This document shows positions 43,650-55,796 of a stretch of 64,000 nt of DNA, one piece after another (position 1 is the first letter of the stretch; each line of letters opens with the position of its first letter). Both the position numbers and the translations under genes were made by a program. The notes beneath the pieces were generated by a model. The model had not been told where the DNA came from and searched no databases. It worked only from the letters and a program-made list of their open reading frames with translations. Origin of the DNA: Dehalococcoidia bacterium (lineage in GTDB: Bacteria > Chloroflexota > Dehalococcoidia > Lucifugimonadales > UBA2985); the NCBI GenBank assembly GCA_965204895.1, contig OZ242025.1:428902-492901 (forward strand). Reading direction: 5' to 3'.

Positions 43650-46469
43650 ATGACACAAGCAGAGCAGAGCGCCGCAGACATCCCCAAGGCGTACGACCCC
43701 GCCAGCGTGGAGCAGCGTCTCTACAAGTTCTGGACGGATAGGGGATTCTTCGCGCCCAGGGTAGACCCTGCCAAGGAGCCCTTCACTATCATCATGCCTC
43801 CGCCCAACGTCACGGGAGAGCTGCACCTGGGACACGCCCTCGTCGCCACCCTGGAGGACATCATGACCCGGTGGCACAGGATGAAGGGTGACCCCACCCT
43901 CTGGCTGCCCGGAGCCGACCACGCGGGCATAGCAACCCAGATGGTCGTGGAGCGTTCTCTTGCAGAAGAGGGACTCACCCGGCAGGCGCTGGGACGGGAG
44001 AAGTTCCTGGAGCGCGTGTGGCAGTGGGTCGACCTGTACGGCCACACCATCGACGAGCAGCAGAAGCGGCTTGGGGCCTCCTGTGACTGGAGCCGTCGCC
44101 GGTTCACACTGGACGAAGGGCCCAGCAAGGCGGTGCGCACCACCTTCGCCAACCTCTTCAACAAGGGGCTGATTTACCGGGGCGAGCGCATTATCAACTG
44201 GTGCCCCCGCTGCTCCACCGCCCTGTCCGACCTGGAAGTGCAGCACGTGGAGGAGCAGTCCTTCCTCTACCACATCCGCTACCCCCTTGAGGAGGGCATG
44301 GGCCACGTGACGGTGGCCACCACACGCCCGGAGACCCTTCTGGGCGATACCGGCGTTGCGGTGAACCCCGATGACGAACGATACAGCCACCTGAGCGGAA
44401 AGCGGGTGCTCCTTCCGGTGCTGGACCGCCCTCTGCCGGTGGTGGGGGACGAGGCCGTTGACCTCGAGTTCGGCACCGGCGCGCTGAAGATCACCCCCGG
44501 CCACGATCCGGTGGACTTCGAGGTGGGCCAGCGCCACGGCCTGCCCGTCGTCACCGCCATCAACCTGGACGGCACTATGAACGGCGAGGCCGGCCCCTAC
44601 GAGGGCATGGACCGCTTCGCGTGCCGCGAGGCCATCCTAAGAGACCTGGAGGAGGACGGGCTGCTTGAGGCCATAGAGCCTTACGCCCACTCCGTGGGGC
44701 ACTGCGACCGCTGCTCCGTGGTGGTGGAGCCTCTGGTGAGTAAGCAGTGGTTCGTGAGCGTGGACAGCCTGGCCAAGCCCGCTATGGACGTGGTGCTGGA
44801 CGGGCGCATCAAGATTATCCCGGACAGGTTCGCCAGGGTGTACCTCAACTGGATGGAGAACATAAGGGACTGGTGCATCAGCCGCCAGCTTTGGTGGGGG
44901 CACCGCATCCCGGCCTGGTACTGCCTGGACTGCGCCGGTGACAGCATACAGGTGCTCTTCCCGGAGTCCCTCGCCGCAGAGGGCCTTGCCAGCGGTGCCT
45001 ACAGGAGCCTCAACGAAAATGGTCTCTCCTGGGCCGAGATGGAGGCGAAGTCGAGCCACATCTTCGTCGAGCTGGACGCGTCGCCCATCGTCGGCGTCGA
45101 GCCGCCGGCGGCCTGCCCGTCCTGCGGTGGAAGCGACCTTGTACAGGACCCGGACGTGCTCGACACCTGGTTCTCGTCGGCGCTGTGGCCCCATTCGACC
45201 CTGGGCTGGCCGGACGACGCCGAGGACCTGCGCTACTTCCACCCGACCACGGTGATGGAGACGGGCTATGACATCCTCTTTTTCTGGGTGGCCCGGATGA
45301 TTATGATGGGGCTGGCCAACACGGGCGAGATCCCCTTCCAGTATGTGTACCTTCACGGCCTCATCCGGGACGAGCATGGAGCCAAGATGAGCAAGACCCG
45401 CGGCAACGTCACCGACCCCATCGACGCGCTGGAGGAGTACGGCACGGACGCCCTGCGCTTCACCCTTGTCACGGGCAACACCCCCGGCAACGACATGCGA
45501 ATCAGCGCCGGCAAGCTGGGGGCCAGCCGCAACTTCGTGAACAAGGTGTGGAACGCCGCCAGGTACGTGCTCACCATCATCGACGAGTCGCCTGCGGCCC
45601 AGGGCTGGCAGTCGCCCTCCACCGAGCACAGGCAGGATAGGTGGATCGTCAGTCGCCTGAACCGGGTGGCGTCACGCCTGCAGCGTCACATGGAGGAGTT
45701 CCAGTTCGGGGAGGCCCAAAGGGAGATTCAAGATTTCTTCTGGAACGAGTTCTGTGACTGGTACATCGAGATGGCAAAGCTGAGGCTGCGGGCCGGAGAG
45801 GAGCCCTCTCCCCTGCCCGTCCTCACTCACGTGCTGGAGAAGAGCCTGCGCCTGATGCACCCCTTTGTCCCCTTTGTGACAGAGGAGATTTGGCAGAGCC
45901 TCAAGGAGAGGCTGCCGGAGAAGGACGACCTGCCCGAGTCCATTATGGTCGCTCCCTATCCCGCGCCGGAAGACGACGCCCTTGACCCGGACACCGAGGA
46001 GGAGATTGACCTGTTGACGGGCATCGTGAGGGCCATACGCAACGTGCGGGCGGAGTTCAAGATACCGCCCGGCCAGCCGCTTCAGGCCGTGGTGGAGCTT
46101 TCGGCGTCAAGCGCAGGTCTGGAGGAGGAGGCCCCGGCCATCAGGAGCCTCGCGCGGGCGGAGCCGCTGCTGTTCCAGGTGGAGGGCGCTCCAAGGCCGC
46201 CTGCCGACAAGACCGCCTCCGCCGTTCTGCGCGGCGCTACAGTCCTGATTCCCCTAGAAGGACTGGTGGACACCGACAAGGAGCGCGGCCGGCTGGAGCA
46301 GGAGCTTCAGGAGTGCCTTCAGAACCTGGAGCGGCTGTCCCAGAGGCTGAGCAACACGGAGTTCACGGGCAAAGCGCCCGCGGAAGTTGTTGATAGGGAG
46401 AGGGGCCGTCTTGAGAGCATGGAGGAGCGGAGGGACCGCATCCAGGAGCTTCTGGCGCAGCTGGGGTAG
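43650..46469 (+). CDS. valS: valine--tRNA ligase
   Basis: 939 aa. HLGH and KMSKT class I signatures, a CP1 editing domain, and a C-terminal coiled coil. Confidence 0.95.
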   Translation: MTQAEQSAADIPKAYDPASVEQRLYKFWTDRGFFAPRVDPAKEPFTIIMPPPNVTGELHLGHALVATLEDIMTRWHRMKGDPTLWLPGADHAGIATQMVVERSLAEEGLTRQALGREKFLERVWQWVDLYGHTIDEQQKRLGASCDWSRRRFTLDEGPSKAVRTTFANLFNKGLIYRGERIINWCPRCSTALSDLEVQHVEEQSFLYHIRYPLEEGMGHVTVATTRPETLLGDTGVAVNPDDERYSHLSGKRVLLPVLDRPLPVVGDEAVDLEFGTGALKITPGHDPVDFEVGQRHGLPVVTAINLDGTMNGEAGPYEGMDRFACREAILRDLEEDGLLEAIEPYAHSVGHCDRCSVVVEPLVSKQWFVSVDSLAKPAMDVVLDGRIKIIPDRFARVYLNWMENIRDWCISRQLWWGHRIPAWYCLDCAGDSIQVLFPESLAAEGLASGAYRSLNENGLSWAEMEAKSSHIFVELDASPIVGVEPPAACPSCGGSDLVQDPDVLDTWFSSALWPHSTLGWPDDAEDLRYFHPTTVMETGYDILFFWVARMIMMGLANTGEIPFQYVYLHGLIRDEHGAKMSKTRGNVTDPIDALEEYGTDALRFTLVTGNTPGNDMRISAGKLGASRNFVNKVWNAARYVLTIIDESPAAQGWQSPSTEHRQDRWIVSRLNRVASRLQRHMEEFQFGEAQREIQDFFWNEFCDWYIEMAKLRLRAGEEPSPLPVLTHVLEKSLRLMHPFVPFVTEEIWQSLKERLPEKDDLPESIMVAPYPAPEDDALDPDTEEEIDLLTGIVRAIRNVRAEFKIPPGQPLQAVVELSASSAGLEEEAPAIRSLARAEPLLFQVEGAPRPPADKTASAVLRGATVLIPLEGLVDTDKERGRLEQELQECLQNLERLSQRLSNTEFTGKAPAEVVDRERGRLESMEERRDRIQELLAQLG

Positions 46470-46498
46470 GGCCGGACGCGGCAGGAAAAGAGACTCGC

Positions 46499-47062
46499 AT
46501 GGCATCCATCAGCCCTGTTGAATCGGAGCGTCTGATTCTTCGCGAGTTCGAAAGGGACGATTGGCCCGCCCTTCATGTTTACGGATCAGACCCCGAGGTT
46601 ATGTCAGGCCTGCTGCTGCCCCCAAACACCGAGGAGAATTCGCGGGAAGTAGTCAACCAGTTCGTTTCCTATCAGTCTGAGGAGCCTCGCACGACGTATG
46701 AACTTGCCATTACGTTAACCACTACCGGAGAGCTGATCGGTGGCTCAGGGATCAGGATGGTGTGGCCCAGAAACAGAGAGGCCTCCATGGGCTACGTACT
46801 GCGCAGAGAATCATGGGGAAACGGATACGCAACAGAAGCCGCTAGAGTGATGCTTGGGATTGGATTTGAGCTGTTGGAGGCCCACAGAGTATTTGCAACT
46901 GTAGACACTGAGAACGTCAGCAGCATCAGAGTGTTGGAGAAGCTTGGTATGACCAGAGAGGGAATGCACCGCCAGAGTTTCTGGTCGCCACTGCACGGGA
47001 GCTGGCGAGATGTCTATCTCTACGCTATCCTCGAAGGCGAGTGGCGCTCGGCCACCAACTAG
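46499..47062 (+). CDS. GNAT family N-acetyltransferase (RimJ/RimL-like)
   Basis: ESERLILREFERDDW..., WGNGYATEAARVMLGIGF..., NVSSIRVLEKLGMTREG. Confidence 0.85.
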   Translation: MASISPVESERLILREFERDDWPALHVYGSDPEVMSGLLLPPNTEENSREVVNQFVSYQSEEPRTTYELAITLTTTGELIGGSGIRMVWPRNREASMGYVLRRESWGNGYATEAARVMLGIGFELLEAHRVFATVDTENVSSIRVLEKLGMTREGMHRQSFWSPLHGSWRDVYLYAILEGEWRSATN

Positions 47063-47126
47063 CCCAGGCAAGGCTTCCCAGGCTCAGGACATCTTAGGAT
47101 GATCCCAGGTGTTCCAAAAGGTCTAC

Positions 47127-47825
47127 CTACCGGGCGCGTCCCTCCTGGCGCAGCTTCTCCAGGAACAGTATCCCCTTCCGGGTGTCGCTGGCCACCCTTG
47201 CCCCATCGCTGTTCTGCAGGCGGTACTTGAACAGCCAGTAGGTGAACTCCTTGAACTCCGTGGAGTCAACAACCTCGCTCGCCGGATAGCCCTTCTGGTC
47301 GCGGAACAGCTTCAGAAGCTCAAACCTGCCCAGTCCGTACACCCGCCGATAGGCGATGTCGGTCACGCCGATGGGCGACTGCACGCCGCCGCTATTCTGC
47401 CTCTTCCACTCCTCCTCCTCGGCGCACTGGACAACGGCGCCCTCAACCACCACGCCGTACCAGTAGTTCAGGTACGCGCTGTACTTCATGTGGCCCAGCA
47501 GGTCCTTGAACTGCTCGCCGGAGACCGACCCTGAGACGTCGCCCGTGGCAAGCAGATGCCGGCTGGCCTCCTCCGGCACAAGGCCGTCCACCTCTGCCAG
47601 GAGCCGCTCCGCCAGAAGCAACCAGTCGAAGGCCTCTCCGTCCAGAAGGTACTTGTTGCGGCGTTCCCGGAAGGTCTCCTCAGGCGTAGTCCACATCGAC
47701 ATGGACTCCAGCAGCGCCTGTACCCAGTCCCTGCCCTCAGAAATGGACTTCTTCAGGTGGTGTATGGCCTGGGGGTCGCCCAGGATCTCCTGCCCCCTGC
47801 TGTGCCCGTCCACGGCGTCCGTCAT
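47127..47825 (-). CDS. hypothetical protein translationally coupled to polX
   Basis: 232-aa ORF. Its ATG shares one nt with the polX TGA (TGATG at 47823-47827). No family recognised. Confidence 0.6.
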   Translation of the reverse strand: MTDAVDGHSRGQEILGDPQAIHHLKKSISEGRDWVQALLESMSMWTTPEETFRERRNKYLLDGEAFDWLLLAERLLAEVDGLVPEEASRHLLATGDVSGSVSGEQFKDLLGHMKYSAYLNYWYGVVVEGAVVQCAEEEEWKRQNSGGVQSPIGVTDIAYRRVYGLGRFELLKLFRDQKGYPASEVVDSTEFKEFTYWLFKYRLQNSDGARVASDTRKGILFLEKLRQEGRAR

Positions 47826-49555
47826 CAGGCCTTCCTCCCCAGGAACGACAGGAACTCAGCCAAAGGCCGTGTGTTCACGATGTCCCCCGCCCTGCACCAT
47901 CCCCTGCGGGCGACGGCCACGCCGAACCGCATGTTGTCCATGTGCTCCAGGGCGTGGGAGTCTGTGCTTACGACCAGGAGCGCCCCAAGCTCCCTGGCCC
48001 TTAGCACGTGGGTGTCCTTTAGGTCAAGCCTCTCCGGCGATGCGTTGATCTCCAGGGCGGTGCCAGTCTCTGCGGCGGCCCTGAATACCGCCTCCACGTC
48101 TATGTCTATAGGCTCCCGCTCGCCCAGCAGCCGTGTGGTCAGGTGCCCGATGATGTTCACGTGGGGGTTGCGTATGGCCCTGATCACCCTCTCCGTCATC
48201 CTCTCCCGCTCCTGGCCCATAGCCGAGTGCACTGAGGCCACGACCACGTCAAGCTCCGCCAGCATCTCGTCCGGGTAGTCCAGGGAGCCGTCCGCCCGGA
48301 TGTCCACCTCGGAGCCGGTCAGCACCCGGATGTCCGGCAGGCTCGCGTCCAACGCTCGTATATTGGCGACGTGGTTTCGCAGGCGCTCCTCGCTGAGGCC
48401 GTTGGCTATGCCCCGGCCAACGGAGTGGTCGGTGATGGCAAGGTACTCGTAGCCGCGGCTTCGGGCGGCTTCAACCATCACCGCCAGGGGCTCACGGCCG
48501 TCGCTTTCGTTGGTGTGGCAGTGGAGGTCGCCCCGGATGTCGCTCACAGCTATCAGGTCCGGCAGCGCGCCCTGGGCCGCCATGTCCACCTCCCAAAGCC
48601 CCTCTCTAAGCTCCGGCGGTATGGGCTGCAGGCCAAGCCTAGCGTAGAATGAGTGCTCGTCCGGGAACTGCTCCATCTCCCCCGTCTCTATGTTGGTGAT
48701 GCCGTACTCGTTGAGGGAGAGGCCCATCTTTCGGGCGTAGTCACGGAGGCGGATGTTGTGCTGCTGACTGCCGGTGAAGTACTGGATGAGCGCGCCGTAG
48801 CTGGCGTTGTCCACCATGCGCAGGTCCACCTGAAGGCCGCCGTGCACCACCACGCTGGCCTTGGTTGGGCCATGCACAAGGATGTCCTGCACCAGGGGAA
48901 GCTCCACAAAGGCATTGAGCGCCTCCTCCGGCTGGTCGGACGTGCCCATGATGTCGATGTCGCCGATGGTCTCCTGCCACCGCCTCAGGCTGCCCGCCAC
49001 GCCTATCTGCCGGATGCCGGGGCATCGCTCCCTGAGGGCGCTGACAACGGCCTCCGACACGGGCAGCGCGCGCCCGATGGGAATGCGGGTGTCCTTGGTT
49101 CGCATTGAGCTGAGATGACGGGCGATGTTGTCCGCCGTCTTCTTCCCAAGGCGGGGCAGAGCCGCAAGGCTGCCGTCCTCGATGGTCTTCTCCAGGGCGT
49201 CCACCGTGGATACGCCAAGCTCCAGGCTTATGCGCAGGGCCGTCTTTGGCCCAATGCCCGGCACGTCCATCAGCGCCAGAATACCCTCCGGGAACTCCCC
49301 CTTCAGCCCCTCGTAGTACTCCAGGCCGCCCGTCTTGACCATCTCCTGTATCTTCTGGGAGATGGCCTCGCCAATGCCGGGTATCTCCCGCAGGTTCTCG
49401 CCGTCCTGCACCATGCGGCTAAGCTCCACCGGCAGGTGGTCTATGGTGCGGGCAGCCCGCTGGTAGGCGCGCACCGTGAACACCGACTCCTCCTCCTTGA
49501 GCTGGAGGAGGGCGGCTATCTTCTCGAAGACCTGGGCTATCTCGGCGTTGTTCAT
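47825..49555 (-). CDS. polX: family X DNA polymerase with C-terminal PHP phosphoesterase domain
   Basis: N-terminal HhH region (IPGIGEAISQKI; VPGIGPKTA), a Pol-beta-like nucleotidyltransferase (GSLRRWQETIGDIDI), and PHP His clusters (GDLHCHTNESDG; TDHS). Confidence 0.9.
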   Translation of the reverse strand: MNNAEIAQVFEKIAALLQLKEEESVFTVRAYQRAARTIDHLPVELSRMVQDGENLREIPGIGEAISQKIQEMVKTGGLEYYEGLKGEFPEGILALMDVPGIGPKTALRISLELGVSTVDALEKTIEDGSLAALPRLGKKTADNIARHLSSMRTKDTRIPIGRALPVSEAVVSALRERCPGIRQIGVAGSLRRWQETIGDIDIMGTSDQPEEALNAFVELPLVQDILVHGPTKASVVVHGGLQVDLRMVDNASYGALIQYFTGSQQHNIRLRDYARKMGLSLNEYGITNIETGEMEQFPDEHSFYARLGLQPIPPELREGLWEVDMAAQGALPDLIAVSDIRGDLHCHTNESDGREPLAVMVEAARSRGYEYLAITDHSVGRGIANGLSEERLRNHVANIRALDASLPDIRVLTGSEVDIRADGSLDYPDEMLAELDVVVASVHSAMGQERERMTERVIRAIRNPHVNIIGHLTTRLLGEREPIDIDVEAVFRAAAETGTALEINASPERLDLKDTHVLRARELGALLVVSTDSHALEHMDNMRFGVAVARRGWCRAGDIVNTRPLAEFLSFLGRKA

Positions 49556-49566
49556 GGCAAAAACGG

Positions 49567-49941
49567 CTATTCCACCCTGAGCCGCACGGGGATAAGCCCC
49601 TCGCGCCCGTAGAACCGCTCCATGATCTCTGAGCCGAACTTGGCAAGAAACAGGTCCCGGATAGCGGCCCTTTCGGACTCATGGTCTTCAACAGGCTCCA
49701 TTGTGACAGCGTGGGTCTCGCCTGCTATCTCCACGCTTGCAGAGGGGTTGGCCTGGAGGTTCCTGTACCAGTGGTTGGGTTGGCCGTCCTCAGTCGATCC
49801 CGCCAAGAGGCAGATGCAGCCGTCGTCATAGGCGAACCAAAGCTCCACCCTGCGCGGCAGCCCCGAGCTGCGGCCCGTGGTGGTGATGTGCAGGTTGTTG
49901 GTGGTGTGAATTGGAGACTGTCTGTCGTGTTCGGATGTCAT
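49567..49941 (-). CDS. DUF385 / deazaflavin (F420)-dependent nitroreductase family protein
   Basis: ORF trimmed to the ATG at 49941 (MTSEHDR...). LHITTTGRSSGLPRRVELWF...HWYRNLQANPSASVEI matches the family pattern. Confidence 0.7.
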   Translation of the reverse strand: MTSEHDRQSPIHTTNNLHITTTGRSSGLPRRVELWFAYDDGCICLLAGSTEDGQPNHWYRNLQANPSASVEIAGETHAVTMEPVEDHESERAAIRDLFLAKFGSEIMERFYGREGLIPVRLRVE

Positions 49942-49957
49942 GAGGCACCGCCGTCGG

Positions 49958-52573
<2,616 letters not shown>

Positions 52574-52588
52574 TGTCTACTACTTCTC

Positions 52589-53542
52589 CTATTCAAACAT
52601 GGCTCCAACGGACAGGCCCTCGTGAATTCTGCGGATGGCCTCTCCCAGGAGCGGCGCAACGGACAGCACCGTCACCTTGCCGTTCGTCTGTTTCTCCTCC
52701 GGCAGCGGCAGGGTGTCCGTGGCAACAAGCTCCTTGATGGGGCTTTGGGCAATCCTGTCTGCGCCCGGCCCAGACAGGACCAGGTGGGTGCAGCAGGAGT
52801 AGATGTCCTTCGCCCCGGCCTTCTGCAGGGCCTCCACTGCCGACATCAGGGATCCCGCGGTATCGATTTCGTCGTCAAAGGTGAGGGCGTTCATCCCCTC
52901 AACGTCGCCAATGATGTTGAGGCTCTCTGTGCTGTCGTCGTTGCCGACGCGGCGCTTCTCGATGATCGCCAGGGGCACGCCAAGGCGAGCGGCCATGTCC
53001 CTGGCCCGCTTGCTGATGCCGATGTCCACGGACACGACAACCAGGTTCTCAATGGCCTTGTCCTGGAAGTAGCGGGCAAGAATGGGCAGGGCCGTCAGCT
53101 CGTCCACCGGGATGTTGAAGAAGCCCTGTATCTGGCCGGCGTGGAGGTCCATGGTCAGGACGCGGTCGGCCCCGGCCACGCTCAGCAGGTCGGCCACCAG
53201 ACGCGCCGTTATTGGCACCCGGGGCTGATCCTTCTTGTCCGTGCGCCCATAGGCGTAGTAGGGCGTGACGGCCGTGATGCGGCCCGCGGACGCCCTCTTG
53301 GCGGCGTCGATCATTATCAGGAGCTCCATGATGTGGTCGTTGACCGGGTAGGCAAAGGGCTGGACGAGGAAGATGTCCCGCTGCCGTATGTTCTCCTGGA
53401 ACTGGACAAAGGTGTTGTCGTTGCTGAACTTGAAGACGTTGGACTCACCCTTGGGAATTCCAAGGTACTCGCTTATATCTATTGCCAGGGAGGCGTCCGC
53501 CCTCCCGGAGAACACCATAGGCGGTTCGTCACGACGCAGCAT
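52589..53542 (-). CDS. prs: ribose-phosphate pyrophosphokinase
   Basis: YYAYGRTDKKD and the PRPP-binding loop VVVSVDIGISKRA; DDEIDTAGS. Confidence 0.95.
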   Translation of the reverse strand: MLRRDEPPMVFSGRADASLAIDISEYLGIPKGESNVFKFSNDNTFVQFQENIRQRDIFLVQPFAYPVNDHIMELLIMIDAAKRASAGRITAVTPYYAYGRTDKKDQPRVPITARLVADLLSVAGADRVLTMDLHAGQIQGFFNIPVDELTALPILARYFQDKAIENLVVVSVDIGISKRARDMAARLGVPLAIIEKRRVGNDDSTESLNIIGDVEGMNALTFDDEIDTAGSLMSAVEALQKAGAKDIYSCCTHLVLSGPGADRIAQSPIKELVATDTLPLPEEKQTNGKVTVLSVAPLLGEAIRRIHEGLSVGAMFE

Positions 53543-53729
53543 TTCATCCCCTTGACGCTGGTTTGTCGAGCAGAAGAACCGGGACGCCCTGCGCCCCTTC
53601 TCTTCTAGGGTCGATTATAGCATAGTAGGGGCGCGACCCAAAAACGCCGGAATCGCGTTGTCCGCCGCAATTTCGGCGCGCAATAGTAGGGGAAGCAGGC
53701 TATAATTCATGGAGAGGCATCAGTGACCC

Positions 53730-54173
53730 ATGACAGCAGCATACAGGATAACCCTACCTCGCCGGATGCTGAACCGCCTGGTCAAGGTCTACGTGAGGCT
53801 TGGGCTGCCGCCGCGCAAGTACCACCTCCTGACGGTCAGGGGGCGCAACAGCGGGCGGCTGCTCACCACGCCCGTCTCAGTGATGCAGGTCAACGGGGAG
53901 CGGTGGCTGGTGTGCCCCTACGGGGAGCGCCAGTGGGTGAAGAACGCCCGGGCCGCGGGCAAGGTGCGGCTGGCCAGGGGCCGCCGCTCGGAGGCGTTCA
54001 GGGTCGAGGAGGAGCGCGACCCCGTCAAGAGCGCTCTCGTGCTGATGCGGTACGTCCGTGAGGAGCCCATCACCCGGAAGTTCTTCGGCGTGACCCCCGA
54101 CTCGCCAATGGAGGACTTTGTGCGGGAGGCGCCGCGGCACACGGTGTTCCGCTTGGCCGAGCAAGCCGGCTAG
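53730..54173 (+). CDS. DUF385 / deazaflavin (F420)-dependent nitroreductase family protein
   Basis: LLTVRGRNSGRLLTTPVSVMQVNGERWLVCPYGERQWVKNARAAGKVRL matches the family pattern. Confidence 0.7.
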   Translation: MTAAYRITLPRRMLNRLVKVYVRLGLPPRKYHLLTVRGRNSGRLLTTPVSVMQVNGERWLVCPYGERQWVKNARAAGKVRLARGRRSEAFRVEEERDPVKSALVLMRYVREEPITRKFFGVTPDSPMEDFVREAPRHTVFRLAEQAG

Positions 54174-54249
54174 GAATGGCCTGAACAGGTCCAAACACGC
54201 CCCGCGAAGGCAGACCTTTGAATAACCCGTGGCCTGGGATCTCCCTCTC

Positions 54250-54388
54250 CGTCATTCCGGCGGAAGCCGGAATCCAGGAATGGTCTGAGTAAGTCAAGCC
54301 ACTCCCGCGAAACATGCCCCGTACTTGATACGGGGGCGGGAGTCCACTACCCGCCGCTCTTGGATTCCTCCCTGCGCAGGAATGATCT
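54250..54388. repeat. REP-like hairpin cluster (three types, nested)
   Basis: attccggc-ggaa-gccggaat (54254-54273); actcccgc..gcgggagt (54301-54343), which encloses gccccgtacttgatacggggc; and attcctcc-ctgc-gcaggaat (54363-54382). Confidence 0.65.
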
Positions 54389-54467
54389 GCATATGGGCCG
54401 TCGGCGCTCCCGCTCAAAATGCCTTAGAATACACAAGCCACATCGAGAAACTGAAAGGAGAGCAGAA

Positions 54468-54815
54468 ATGCCAAACCCCGTTATACACTGGGAGATCACA
54501 GGAAAGGACGCCCCCAGGCTCCAGCAGTTCTACGCAGACCTGTTCGGGTGGGACGTGAACGCCAACAACCCCATGAACTACGGCCTGGTTGACACCCAGA
54601 CGGAGGAGGGGATAAACGGAGGCATTGCCGGTGAGCAGGAGGCGGCCACGCGCGTAACTATCTACGTGCAGGTGGACGACCTGCAGGCCTACCTGGACAA
54701 GGCAGAGAGCCTGGGGGGCAAGACCATCCTGCCCCCCACAGTGATACCGGATACCGTCACCCTCGCCATGTTCAGCGACCCGGAGGGGAACGTAACGGGC
54801 ATGGTTACGGGTTAA
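54468..54815 (+). CDS. VOC/glyoxalase-family protein
   Basis: ATG 54468 with AAAGGAGAG upstream. MPNPVIHWEITGKDAPRLQQFYADLFGW...FSDPEGNVTG. The track start at 54360 lies in repeats. Confidence 0.8.
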   Translation: MPNPVIHWEITGKDAPRLQQFYADLFGWDVNANNPMNYGLVDTQTEEGINGGIAGEQEAATRVTIYVQVDDLQAYLDKAESLGGKTILPPTVIPDTVTLAMFSDPEGNVTGMVTG

Positions 54816-54959
54816 GGCCCGGACCCGACGGGGCGACGCACAACACCCTGGCCCTGCGGCCTCCGCGCCTCTCCACGTCCAAAGACCTATGAGTGCAGCT
54901 TCCACCACCGGCGCGGAGGCCGCAAGGGACCGGAATATGCTTCAGCTAGTGGCCTGAGA

Positions 54960-55466
54960 CTAGCCGTAGACAGCCTGCTTCAGGGGCGCCGTGTGCAGGT
55001 CCGCCGCCTTTGCGGACATCCAGACGCCCTGTATGCTGCGCAGCCTGTCGCCAATGAGGACGGACAGCGCCTTCATCACGGAGTAGCCCAGCTCACAGTC
55101 CCGGTCCATCTCCGACCTGAGGGAGGCGGCGTCTATGGCGACCATGGTGCACTCCCTTTCCGTCTCCGCGCTAAGGGTCGCCTGGTACGGGTCGATGAGG
55201 GCCGACCAGCCAAAGGTGCCGTAGGGCCCTATGACGGAGACGATGGAGCGCAGGGTTGAGTCCCCGTTCCACAGCCTGACGCCCGTGGTCAGCTTAACAG
55301 ACCCGCGCTGGAGAAGGTACAGATCGCCCAGGGCGTCCCCCTCCCGGAACACCTCTGCGCCGGCGGGGAAGAACTGCACCCTGGCCATGTCGGCCACCCT
55401 CTTCAGCCGGAGCTCGTCCAGGGACGTAAAGAGACCGGTTTCTCCTATCAGCTTAACGATGGACAT
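54960..55466 (-). CDS. stand-alone cyclic-nucleotide-binding domain protein (no HTH)
   Basis: 168 aa. FPAGAEVFREGDALGDLYLLQRGSVKL ... FGWSAL is a CNB-domain pattern. Too short for a Crp-type DNA-binding domain. Confidence 0.75.
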   Translation of the reverse strand: MSIVKLIGETGLFTSLDELRLKRVADMARVQFFPAGAEVFREGDALGDLYLLQRGSVKLTTGVRLWNGDSTLRSIVSVIGPYGTFGWSALIDPYQATLSAETERECTMVAIDAASLRSEMDRDCELGYSVMKALSVLIGDRLRSIQGVWMSAKAADLHTAPLKQAVYG

Positions 55467-55609
55467 AGCAAGAACCTCCCAATAGAGCTATTCCCAAGAC
55501 TTACGCTATTTCCTACTCATCCATCACCCCCTCCCGGCGGAGTCCCGATTGCCCGCCGCGACAGGTCACTTATATGGAGAGTACAACGAGAGTACGATTC
55601 TGTCAATTT

Positions 55610-55625
55610 TGTGCGAAATATCACA
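55610..55625. promoter_or_regulatory. CRP/FNR-type palindrome, site 1
   Basis: TGTGCGAAATATCACA (TGTG-N8-CACA), flanked by AATT..AATT. Confidence 0.5.
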
Positions 55626-55649
55626 CAATTAAAGCGGTCTACAACCAAT

Positions 55650-55665
55650 TGTGATGCGTATCACG
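55650..55665. promoter_or_regulatory. CRP/FNR-type palindrome, site 2
   Basis: TGTGATGCGTATCACG. Its centre is 40 bp from site 1. Confidence 0.5.
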
Positions 55666-55796
55666 TATTGCGTAAAGGGGTTCAAAAGACGAATAAATGC
55701 AACAAGAGACGTGCAGACAGCAATATTGTGGACGTCCCGCTGCGTGTGTTCGCGGGACGCGGCGCAGCATGCCGCAAAGGGCTACGATGCAGGGAC

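Noticed and set aside
54858-54921. A perfect 12-bp inverted repeat GGCCTCCGCGCC ... GGCGCGGAGGCC separated by 40 nt, between the convergent VOC and cNMP genes.
   Set aside because: It may act as a transcript-end structure, but it has no U-tract and is a single occurrence. Not enough to call a terminator or element.
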